NCBI GenBank assembly: GCA_964188305.1
Contig: OZ076895.1
From: Podarcis bocagei
Taxonomy: Eukaryota
DNA length: 64,000 bases
Strand: one strand, 5' to 3'
Within the stretch, counting starts at the first letter, position 1. Each line of letters begins with the position of its first letter. The notes beneath the pieces were generated by a model that saw nothing but the letters and a program-made list of their open reading frames with translations, was not told the origin of the DNA and ran no database searches. Positions 21,859 through 33,358 of the stretch are shown here, one piece after another. The position numbers were made by a program, and so were the translations under genes.

Positions 21859-24800
21859 TAGTTCAGTTAATGCAAGATGACTGTGCATTGCATCAGAACT
21901 TCGGCACCTGTACTTCCAAGCAAACATGCATAGAACTGGATTCCAAGATTCATTTAGCTTGGGCATTTTTGTTTCTAGTTTTGGAAACATACACTAAATA
22001 ATTATCTTTTGCTGGATGCATTCTTTGTGTTGGAACTCTGCAAGTATCTGAGCTACATAAGATCTATTTCAGTTCATGTCCTAAGCAGAACAAAAAGGAT
22101 GGTGTGATCATGTTCAAGTTTGATGCCTTGCTGCATGGTACTTGAAGGCATTTCTTGACCAAACCCAAAGTGAGTTGAGTTGCCGCTTGATCCTAGTTGG
22201 CCTAGCAAAAAGTTGATCGGGATCAGTCTAGTTTTTCAATAAGATATGTATTTCACAAATTGCTTCAGGCTTTTAAATAGTCTCTCACTAGTCAGTTACC
22301 AGTGGTGAATCATCATCTCTTGGCAATGGGAGCTTTTATAAATTATTAGACATTTTGTTCTGAGTGTACTTTCAGGCGGTCTGTGTGCTATACATAACTT
22401 GCTAATATAGGCATTTGTTGACGAGCAATAGAAATGTTTTCTGTCTAGTAGCCTTTGTGATTTTTTTTGCTTTAAGTTCAGTGATGCGGAGAAAGGATTT
22501 ATCCATTTATATTATTGAATTATCTGTATACATAATGGACTATTCAACACATCTTTACTAATCGGATGCTATGAATATTCTCTGGGGATTATCCATGGAG
22601 TTGGATAAGACATTCTATTAATGGTCCAGCTTCTGCTGCAGGTACTGTTGGGGGAAAACATTGTAGCTATTGGATATAGGTTTATTGACAATAGTAGCAA
22701 GAGGCCTGCCTATCGATGTGGTGGAATAAGCCCAAGAACCTCCACCCTCCATAGTTGATAATTTCAGTCTGCCTTCAAGAGATCTTGAAACCCGTCTCTA
22801 CTGACTCCAGTATCAGACTCTGGGAGCAAGGGTATCCTGTGGTTCCAACTGACTTAGTTACACCATAGACGGAGGGGATTGTCGGGGGGCTCCATGGAGA
22901 TACTTAAGATATTATGTCAAACCATGGTTTGCACTAGCAGTGGTTTTGCCTCCAAGCTCAATTTACTGTTATCTCACCTGGAAAGCTTCAGGTGAGATCC
23001 CATGCAATGGCCTTCAAAATTGGGAGGTGGTCTGTGCTTGCATAGAGGTACTGTTATGTGAACTGGCATCTGCATGTGGGGCAGGAATGGGAAACCTGTG
23101 GCCTTCCAGATCTTGTGGGATTACAGATCCCATCAGCCCTAGCTAGCATGTGTAGTGGTCAGGAAGTGATGGGAATTGCAGCCCAACATCATCTGGAGGG
23201 CCACAGGTTGCCACCACTCATTCAGGATCTGTATCACTGAGTGTGGCAGCTAGAACTAGGTTGCTGCAACCATGGAAGTGGTAGAAGCTCCATATATAGC
23301 CTTGATACACACTGAATCTGCATAGAAGCCTGGTCTAGTAGCAGCCCAGTACACAATGGAATCCACCCAGTTCAAAGCAAAACATAAAGGTCATCTTAAC
23401 CTTAATCATGACTGAGGAAGAACTTCAGCAAATGCAAGAATATTCAGAGAGTATTTCCCTTGGTGTACAGCTTGACTGTGCATTTTAGAACCATTTAATC
23501 CAAGCAACCCACTTGTATTCTTGTATTTTTTACACATACTAAGAATGGAATACATATCTATCCAAGATTAGCCCTTGAAGGAGACCTGCGAAGTAAAAAC
23601 AAAGCACCATTGCATTGCCACTTTAAAGAAAAACCTGTGTCCATTGTTACACTACATGGATTTTCATGGATCTCTTTCCCAAGCGACAAAAATACTTTCA
23701 AGGCATTCAATTTGTTGGTTGTTTGGTTTTTTTGGAAGGGGGGGAGAGAAGAAAGTTGTCTGGGGATACTATGGAATGTCTTCAAACAAGATGAGTCTTC
23801 ACGTACAGATGGGCAGCATGTAACATGTATATGTGATGTACTTTTAACCCTTTTCACACTGAGTATACATGTTTCTTCCTGTTGAGAGATTCACATTGCT
23901 CATTCACACACTATTTGCAAACTGATGTGCCTCCTCCCTTTTAACTTTGGTCTGTCCTGTGTGTTACTGCTCTAGTTCTGTGATGGTCCCTTCTAAAAGC
24001 TGTTCCCTTCCCAGACCTTATCTTCGTAAATGAGAACTGAGGCTTTCCCTCTCCATTATATGTGCGTGTAGATCTGATTCCAGTGGATTATGAATGTCCT
24101 CTTTTTTATAAATTCAGTCGCTCCTTGTTACACAGTGGCATTTTTCTTTCACTTCCATTCTACTCACAGATTAGTCAATGGGCCACAGGTCTTTCTGTAA
24201 TATATAGATCACTGGGAGTTAACAAAGCACCATGGACTGCGCTACTCAAGCCCCAGTGATCAGCTGGTTGCTGGGGCTTCTGTACACAGCAGCACCCAGT
24301 TCCTCATCCCTATTCTATAAGATTATTCATCTCTTTATGTATAATCTACTGCAATAATTCCCAAACCGAGGAATTCATTGGATAATTGATGGTTCCTATA
24401 AGTGCCAACCCATAGGAAGAGGCTATTCTCTGCATCAGAGTGTGTAAGTTTGAGAAGTATTCCTCCCATTTTATTATTTTTTAATACAAACTACCTCTTT
24501 TATCAGAAATTTGGGAAATGTTAATTTACTGTGTTTTATCTAATTAATTGCCACATACTCAAACTCCCCCCCCCCCAATCAAACAAACAAACAAACATAC
24601 CAGTGGAGCATAGTCCTCAACTTTCTGTCTACCCTTGATATTGGCAGGGCCAGAAATACAAACTATGCATGAATATGTGTAAAATACCGGTCAAGGCTTT
24701 GGTTAGACCCAGGATAGGGGAACATTTGGCTTTCCAGAAGTTGCTGGACTACAGCTCTCATCACCCTGACTGTTGGTCATGTTGACTGGGGTGAATGAGA

Positions 24801-25462
24801 ATCCAAAATCTTTTGGGGAGGGGGACAACAGGTATCTGTATCCCTGGTTTAGTCTTGGTTTGTTTGCCCATCATAGGCAGTCAGTCCTGTTTTGCGCCAT
24901 GATCTGCCTTTGTTTACTAAACACATAGTACTTGCCACTGTCAACCTACTTCCTTGGACAATGTCACAAAATAACCACATGGAATGTGCCAAGCTAATTT
25001 TCAAGATGGCCTTTTAAAACCTATTTGCTCTCCTGGTCTTTTAGAAACTTCATGTTGTCCACCCTCCTCTTTGTGCTTTTATCTCTTAACTGCACCATGT
25101 GACATGGAGGGTGAAAAGTCACCAAGCACAAGAAAAGTCAAATGTTGGCATTTCCCCATTATCACAGTAACTTTTGTGGCCCACACTGTTTCCCCTCCCA
25201 GTGCCACAGTCTGCTCTTCTCCATTATTCGTGTTGACAAAGGATGTTCCATCTGTAGACTGTTCCCCTTGTTTCTGCTTCTCCATTTCTTGTATTATTAT
25301 TTTCTTTTCTACTTCTTCTTGTTGTTTCTTTCTCACTCTTGTGCTTTTTTGTCCTTTTGCTTGTCTGTTTATTTTCACCCTGTTTCTCCTCCTCTCTTCC
25401 TCTCCACTTCCAACTTCCTCTTCCCTTCCTTTCTTCCTCTCCCATCTTTGGTTCTATTGAAG

Positions 25463-25528
25463 TTGAGCCCAATGCCGGGACACCACGCCGTAGACCTCTC
25501 TCCTTCTGCCCTTGCTGTGCCCATGAAG
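25463..25528 (+). CDS. MICAL3: MICAL3 alternative cassette exon (VEPNAGTPRRRPLSFCPCCAHE)
   Basis: ~200 nt AG-free pyrimidine tract then attgaag acceptor; 66 nt, phase 1-1; donor AAG|GTAATG; CpG-rich coding-like content in an otherwise CpG-poor intron. Confidence 0.8.
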
Positions 25529-27370
25529 GTAATGTAATTTCTTGCATTCCCTCCATTCCGTTCCCAAACCGCCATTGGATTGGTGTAGAGACACTAGTGA
25601 GCTAGCAACAATATCAAGTGGCTCACCGCCAAACTTTTCTTTCCTTCAATCTCAAAGAAACCCTCTATAACAACCTTGTTATGAAGTGTGTCTGGCAGGA
25701 TCGTAAAGGTACAGTATCCTTTTTTCAGCTGTGCATTGTGGGGATAAGGATAGTCTTGAAGTTTATTGGCGCAATTGATCAGAAATGACTGTAGTGGCAT
25801 CAGTTTCATGCCTTAAGGGTTCTGTTTGGCGTGTTGGATGATCTTGCAGGGGAGTGGGGTGTGAGTCTACTTCCTTTAAAAAAAAAATACACATGGGTTA
25901 AAGGCATACTGTCTTTTGTAATGACTGGTTTCCCCAACAACCCTTGACTTTGAAAAGGCACCCTCCTGATCTGCCATAATCTAGACTGGTCTTCTGCAGT
26001 CCGTATCTTGCTAAGCATCTTCTTTATCCCAAGTGGAACCAGATTCCCACTGAAGTGTTTCCATTTCCCAAGGCATGGGGGAAAAGGGGTGGAATGTGAC
26101 CGCCATGTATAACTTCGGCTAACCACTCTCTGCTTTTCATGGTGTGCTTTCATCAATTGTTCATCTTTCCTCCCCACCCCTGCCTCTCCCTCTGCTCATT
26201 GGCTGTCTAAAAATAATAATAATAAAAAATCTACATCCCACAAATGAACAAAAGTTTCCATAGGTCAGTGTTGACATGTATTTGGCTGTTTTGTGCAGAA
26301 GTTTCTTTTCTGATTATCCTCACAGTGGAAAGGGTGGGGAGATTCCCCAGTGCTTCTCATGGCTCCAATGCACTGGGCATCTGCATGTGTAAGCTTCTCT
26401 CTTTCCACCATGGCTATGAGGGCACCTTGTGCAGAGATGCTCAGAGAGGCTTAATTGAGACCAAGCAATGGATAGGTATAGCCATCCACAGCCATGATTG
26501 GCTAGGGTGAGATTTTCGTACTGTGTATGTTTGCTTCTTGTGTTCTGGAGCTGTGTTGGTGGTTTTGAAAGAGGAGGAGAATTCTCGTTACCTGAGAATA
26601 AGTGGTAGGAACAGGGCTACCAAGAACCTCTGGACCATTTTGTTTTCTTGACCGTGATGGGAAATAATGTCTTGCTGCATAAAGGCATCCTCAGTTACAA
26701 ATCACGCATTAGTCAGTGTCATCCAATACTGACAAGCACTACCAGGAACAGATAATGCTGCTTTGGTAGCTGGATCTGACTTGGTAGCTGACCATCCCCA
26801 TTCTAGTGTGTCTCCCTTGGGCTTCCATAACCCCATAAGAAGAGTCTGCATTTTTGAATAATTAGAATAGTGTCTAATACAAATATTTTGCCATTTGCAC
26901 ATAAGTAGGCACAAATTTTGCATCATATTTTCCTTAGAATAGATGTCCCCATTAGTTTTATATGAGATGAGAACTCATATATGGTATGGATGAGAAACAG
27001 GAGTTAACCCTGTCTGCAACTTGACTGTGTTCTTTCCATGTACTAGTTTCCTAAACTATTGACACCTCTGATAGGATGGTGAAATCTGATAGGTACAGGA
27101 AACAGCTGGAATCCCTCTGGGCCTACGGTGGTTAGGCCAAGACCCTGATCATCTGGAGCACATAACCAGGGCTTCACTTGCTTCCAAACTGATTTTTAGG
27201 ATCTGAATCCAAACAGCTACCCATAAAGAGCTGCATATTTCATTACTAGATATGGGTTATGGATGTAGCTCTCTAAAATAACATAAAATGGCTATGCTGT
27301 TTATTTCATATCAGGCTTTGCTACTGGGTCTACTAGCTTGGTTTTCATTGATTAAGCTTTTATTGAAATA

Positions 27371-27603
27371 CAGTCATACCTCGGGTTGTGAGCGCTGCAG
27401 GTTGTGTGTTTTCGGGTTGCGGACCGCGCCAAACCCGGAAGTACCGGAGCGGGTTACTTCCAGGTTTCAGTGCATGCACAGAAGCGCAAAATGATCCCAT
27501 GTGCGGAAGCGCTAAATTGCTTTACATGTGTGCACAGATGCGGCATTGTGGGTTGCAAACGTGCCTCCCGCACAGATCACGTTCACAACCCGAGGTATGA
27601 CTA
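27371..27603. mobile_element. Tc1/mariner MITE, family B
   Basis: TIRs CAGTCATACCTCGGGTTGTGA / TCACAACCCGAGGTATGACTA; TA flanks. Confidence 0.85.
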
Positions 27604-28420
27604 TACCTGGGAAGGTACCATGCTTCCTCTTCCTTTTTATGTGAGCAGATTTTCTTCTTGTGCTTTTCTACCATGCACTAGTGGTCTTGAGCTGGTGAAC
27701 TTCAACTGATTGAACCTGTATTTATGCCACACAATACGTGTTTTTTGTTTAAGCGAGGGATCTCTAGCAGACACATTGAGGCAGATCTGCCTGGTGTGAC
27801 TGATAAAGCCAAGAGGAAGGGAAATTATTGATAGCAGTGGTCAGGAACTGGTTGCTTTCAGTCATTAAGTTAATGCAGGTGGCTTGAAAAGGGGAGAGCA
27901 CAGCACGCAAGACTACAATACTGGTAGGAGCCAGAATCAACTCTGAAACAGCCCATCAAGGAACTGTTCACTAATTGCTCTATAGTTATATGTAAAGTGG
28001 ACAAATGGGTGTTGATTAAGGTGTGAGTGAGAAAACATGGCTTGAAACAGGTAGGCTTTGTTGGAAAGTGTTGGAAAGTGTCAGAGTGTCCAAATTGAAA
28101 AGGACAACAGTAGAAAAATACTGAAAAGTGACTGTAATTATGGCTATTGGTTTGGCAGGAGATGTGATGGGGAAGGTAGATTCAGGGCACATGGATCCAG
28201 TGGGGTTTTTTTGTTTATTTTACTGGAGGTGACCCTCCTTCCTGTGTGCCATAGACAAACTAAACAAGCAGATCTGACAAGAGTGCTCTGGCAGCATCTA
28301 GCTCAGCTTTCTTTGCACATTTTGCCCCACTCCCATTTTTGTTCCTGCCTGCCTGCCTGCTGGATTTATGGAAATGGCGGGAATCTTTTTCCAAGCTGAC
28401 CTAAACTGTTCTCTTGGCAG

Positions 28421-28520
28421 GCATGGGGAAGAAGGACGACCCCAAGCTGATGCAGGAGTGGTTCAAGCTGGTGCAAGAGAAGAATGCCTTAGTGCGCTAT
28501 GAGTCGGAGCTCATGATATT
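28421..28520 (+). CDS. MICAL3: MICAL3 coding exon ([34 protein letters not shown]), bMERB helix 2
   Basis: Acceptor ctcttggcag; donor ATT|GTAAGT; 100 nt, phase 1 to 2. Confidence 0.97.
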
Positions 28521-29118
28521 GTAAGTAAGGAGAGGAATTTCTGCATGCTTGGTCCACGCAGAGAAGGGGAAAGACGAGACAACTATCCCCAGGCAGAGAT
28601 ATGTTATGGAACCTGTTTCTGTCTTCACCTTTGATGTGATGACAATGTACAGATGGGAATCCTGTTGCTCTGGAGACCCATAGGCGCCCCAAGTAAAATA
28701 AAATTTTATAAAATTGATGAAGTGATCTGCTGCTGAGACCTGGTTCTCTTAGCATTTCCTTTGCATTCATGATTCCAAATAAGGTCAATGTAAGAAGGAA
28801 GATCTTGTCCCTTGCAGCTCAGCCCTGATGTGCAGTGGGCAGTAGGGGCCAGATGGAGTGACTTGGCATTTTCCTGTTATTTTCTCATCTGCCTTTCTGA
28901 CCATTCCGCAACATGGGTTTAGGTGAAAAACCAACATGTATGTTCATCAAAGGAGGTTGTTCTGAACAAGGTTCTTAGTACAACTGAAGGGTTGCCTTAC
29001 AATCAGTACTGAAAGGGAATACTTTACTACCTGAGCATGTTAGATTTTTAAGCCAGTAGCTTAGACTGCTGCTGAAACAACCCAAACCAGACATTTGCCT
29101 GTTCTTCTCTCCTTGCAG

Positions 29119-29192
29119 TGCTCGGGAGTTGGAGCTGGAGGACAGGCAAAGCCGACTACAGCAAGAACTTCGGGAGAGGATGGCAGTGGAAG
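29119..29192 (+). CDS. MICAL3: MICAL3 coding exon (ARELELEDRQSRLQQELRERMAVE)
   Basis: Acceptor ctctccttgcag; donor AAG|GTAAGT; 74 nt, phase 2 to 1. Confidence 0.97.
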
Positions 29193-29285
29193 GTAAGTCT
29201 CATCGATGTACTTTGGTTCCCAGTAGAAAGCCCCTGCTACTTCCTTGGCTAGTTTGACAAGACTGCTTGTCCCTTTCTTTCCTAG

Positions 29286-29470
29286 ATCACCTAAAGACAG
29301 ATGAAGAGTTGTCAGAAGAGAAAAGGATCCTGAATGAAATGCTAGAGGTGGTGGAACAGAGAGATTCTCTTGTGGCCCTCCTCGAAGAGCAGCGACTCCG
29401 GGAGAAGGAAGAAGACAAGGACCTAGAGGCAGTCATGCTGTCCAAGGGATTCAACTTAAACTGGTCCTGA
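29286..29470 (+). CDS. MICAL3: MICAL3 last coding exon (DHLKTDEELSEEKRIL...MLSKGFNLNWS*)
   Basis: Acceptor ctttctttcctag; TGA at 29468-29470; C-terminus matches MICAL3. Confidence 0.97.
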
Positions 29471-32400
29471 GCTTAGCAGCGCACTCGTCTGACGATCTGC
29501 GTTGTCCAGTTGGCATGTGCCAAGTTGGCTGGAGCTGCCTGGATGGAGGAGATATCTTGGCACAGAAACCTCTTGAGGGTTCTTGCAGCGCCTGAGTGCT
29601 TCTTCCTGAGAGGAGGTTGGATCGAAAAGTGCTGAGGCCTGTATGAGGCCTGCAAACCCCAAGCCTGAGGTGGTCAGCTAAGGTTGTGTGCCTTCCTCAA
29701 GGACCTGTGCAAAGAGGCCATTGAGTTTTTGCGATCTCTGAGAGAGGCTAAAAAATGAGATGAAAACATTTTATTTAAAAAAAAAATACACCACAACTTT
29801 AACCAATTCAGGTGGGCCGTAGCTTGTCCGTTTCATATTTACTTAGCTGGTTGTGTTCTTGTTTTTGTTTTGAAATACAAAGGCGAGAAGTGGCTACTCT
29901 CTTCTGAAGCATCACCCTGCAGCAGCCCACGGGAGAGCAAACCACTCTGTACCCCAGAGCACACTGTGTGTATGTTTAAGGTTCTCCTCACCAAAGAAGC
30001 CTGAAGCTGCCATTATTGTCTGGGTATGGAGGAACCCTGAATTCAGAGAGGACTGGAGACTTGGAAGGCTGGCTGACATGAAATACTTGCCCTGTGTGGT
30101 TTCTACAGAAGATACAGGCTCCAGTGGACTAGCTCTCTTTGCTGCAGCCTCCACAAGTTGCCATTGTTCTAAGAGGGGAAGAGTGTGTAAGCCACCCCCT
30201 TTCTGCCATGCAGTGCTCTGGACTGAAAGTCACAGTTTTTCTGTCTCCATTGACAGTAGACTGCTCTGTTGTGAACCATGTGACAATTTTGACACTGGAA
30301 AGTGCTGATTTTGAAAATGGGTTACTTATGAAGCAGTTTGCGGGAACGCTTGGATGAAACCCCTTGCTTCGAATCCCCCAAGAATGGACTCTCAATGGGT
30401 TTTTGTTTTTTGCGTATATATCTATATCTATAGATATATATCTTTATTATTTTTTGCACGTTGGAAATGAAGCAAAAGACCTACCCGGGCCCTTTAGTCA
30501 CTTTAGACCCTTTAATGTCTATTAACTTATTTTTTAATACTTGAAAGATTTGGGTTTTATACCTTTTTAAGAAGTGAGCAAATGTTTGAGTGGTGAATCT
30601 GTGTGCCTGCTGCATTCCCCAACCTTTTTCTTTTGTTGTTCTTATTTTTAATTTGCTGTTCTCCCTTTCCCTGTACCTATTTATTAGAGTTCTATTAATG
30701 CTGTCACAGTTACACGCTACTTTTGATGTGGAGAGGAGATGCTTTTATGTACTTTGGACTTGTCGAGGGGCAACCCTAGGAAATATGCAGGCAGGGTTCC
30801 CAGGTAAGGTGTCTTCTCAATTAAGCTGCATCCTCACGAAGAGAGCTCACAAAGCTGAGTGGTGATGGCAGACTTTGCCCCTGCACTCCATACCCTCTGC
30901 TCCTGAATGGCAAACCTGTGCTTATTTTAACTACTGCTGTTTAAGGTTTTTGTAATTATAATTGTGGCATTGCCACTTTACCCCATATATTTAAAAAAAA
31001 ACCCACACATGCTGGCTCTGTAAAAATCTGCCTCCCAAGGGAAGGATTAGCACAAGCCCCCCTGGTTTTGTCCTAGGCCTTCATTCAGTTGGCTCAGAAA
31101 AAGGTCTTACAGTACAGTAGCAAATAGGAAATAACACAGAATAGACTCTTGTCTATAACCAGCTGAGAGGTTCCATAAGCACACCATGTCTTTCACAATA
31201 ACTTTCTCAAAAGTGCCGACCTGCCACAAACAGAATTTTCCATTCGCATTTTTTAGCTCCAGTTGGGCTTAGTTTAAAGAAAGAAAGCTGTACAGTAGTT
31301 CTAGTCTCCTAACAAAGTGCAGACTATTTTTTTAATTAACTTTTTTTTAGGGAGGCAGTCATCCCAAGAAAAAGACATGTCCTTTAAAGCAGCCACCATC
31401 TTATCTCTAGGTTTCAAAACAGGAAATGCTGTGTTTTCAAAACAGGAAAGACTAGAAAGAAAAAAGGGGGAAAGGTTTTAAAACACCCATCCACTTCCTT
31501 GTTTAATAAAATGTCAGTACTGATAACGCTGAACAGAAAGCTGTTGAAGCAACAGCATGTGTTGAAATGTAGCGTCAGAAGATTTTATGCCAAAGGGGTA
31601 CCATGCCTGGCATTTGTTGAATATTAAGATATTGAAAGATTGTGATGCTACACTGGCAGAATTCATACCACATATAGTCCCAGAACAAGCAGCACTCGTG
31701 TGTTCATGGTTCATGAGACTTGGTGTTTATTTGTAGCTTTCAAAACGGGGGGGACTAATCTCTGGCTTTCCTAATATTACTGGACTACAATTCTCATAAT
31801 CCCTGACTACTGAGCATGCTGGATGGGGCTGATGGGAGTCCAATGGGAGTAGAAGGTTAGCCACCCCTAACTGAGGAAGAAAAAGAACATATAACTTCAG
31901 TTGTCTCAGACAGCATCTTTGACATCCAGAGACCAACAGGGGAGTGTATGGCAAAATGGAAGTTAAGCTCCCCTTCGATTAGGATGGAGCTAGAATTCAG
32001 TTGTTAAAATTTGGTGTCTAGCCACATGAAAGAGGCAAATCGGAATTTGCATTAATTGTTTCTGCTGTGCCTGGTGCAATTTATAATGGAACTGAGAAAA
32101 TGGATTGTTCTGTAAAGTGGTCGTAATTGAACTCACTTCTATCTGTTCTTTGAATTTTTTCACTGTAGGAAAACGTTGACACGCTAAGCTTCTTCCTAAG
32201 CTGCCTATAGCTGCATGTGGAATGAGAGTAGAACAGTCTGTCTGAGAAAGTGGAAGGGAAAGTCCTTTCCAGCTCCAGTGCAGCTGTGTAGCTCTGCCTC
32301 TAGTTAGCCCAGACTTCTTTTGGGCAGCTAAGACTCCCTTGTCACTAGAACTGCAGAGAGAGGAGAGGGTTTTTTAGAGCCCGTGATAGCACCAGCAGCA

Positions 32401-33047
32401 TTAATCATATTTCCTCTTCCACTCTTAACATTTCCTGTAATATGTTGTGTTGATTGTGCTTGATCCTGCTGTCAGTCAAGAGGTTTCTTTAAATGCAGTG
32501 TCTGGCCCTCCTTTTATGACACGGTGCTAATGCAGAAGTAACAAGCACACCTGCTGCATCCTCTGGGTTTTTAATCTGTTTTTTAAAATACATCCAGGTC
32601 AAAGGCATCTTAGAGCATCAACAAATATATCCAGAGTTGCATGACCCAGTAGCACAAATTCTTTTTATGGCCAAAAAAAAAAAAAAAAAAAAAGGTGATA
32701 CCCTCCCCGCAAGGTTTTAAGAAAATGTATTTAACAGAATGTTTACATTTGGGCCGTGAGACGAAAGTGGTGTATTAGTTTTCCAACCTCGTGTTTAAAA
32801 AAGAAAATGCTGTGATTGTTTGCAATAAAAATGTACTACGAAACAGTCTGTTTGATATGAAGAGGTAGAGGAGGGTATTTCTCTCTCAATGGATGATAAG
32901 AGGACAGAAGGCTTCCAAAGAATTGCTGCCTTCGAGAGCCCTAGCAGTGGAGCTTCATAAGCAAGGAAGGTAGATGAGAATGTCACTAAAGCTATTGGAG
33001 GAAGGGATGTCATGTTTTGATGGCATTGCAGTAATTTAATTTTATAC

Positions 33048-33072
33048 ATATATATATATATATATATATATA
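33048..33072. repeat. (AT)n microsatellite in the MICAL3 3' UTR
   Basis: Directly visible. Confidence 0.9.
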
Positions 33073-33344
33073 AAGAAGTATGTATGTGAAACAACCCTGT
33101 CCCAAGGAACTGTGGTATCTTCCCCTTGGGACAGGTGGGAACTCTGATATTCAGACTGTTTTATTGTTGGCGTGTGTGCAGTGTAACAGGAAATTGTGTA
33201 CCGTACCTGTTTTCATGTCTAAAACATCCCAACCCCTGTTTTACTTCCTATTTTTGGTTGCATTTCATTCTGTACGTTCTTATGCACACTTGCTTTGTTG
33301 GTGTTGAGAGTTTAGCACCTCAGGTCACCAACGTAACTAAAAAA

Positions 33345-33358
33345 AATAAAAAAATAAA
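33345..33358 (+). terminator. Tandem polyadenylation signals, probable distal MICAL3 poly(A) site
   Basis: AATAAA twice, with downstream U-rich sequence (attttttcttacttc). Confidence 0.6.

Noticed and set aside
22470-22920. Faint L1-like RT motifs (DAEKGF on +; GTxQGxPL-like on -)
   Set aside because: Too degraded and inconsistent in strand to delimit by eye; probably an old LINE.
24984-25537. Hydrophobic, membrane-like ORFs (also 14832-15287)
   Set aside because: Translation artefacts of polypyrimidine tracts upstream of cassette exons.
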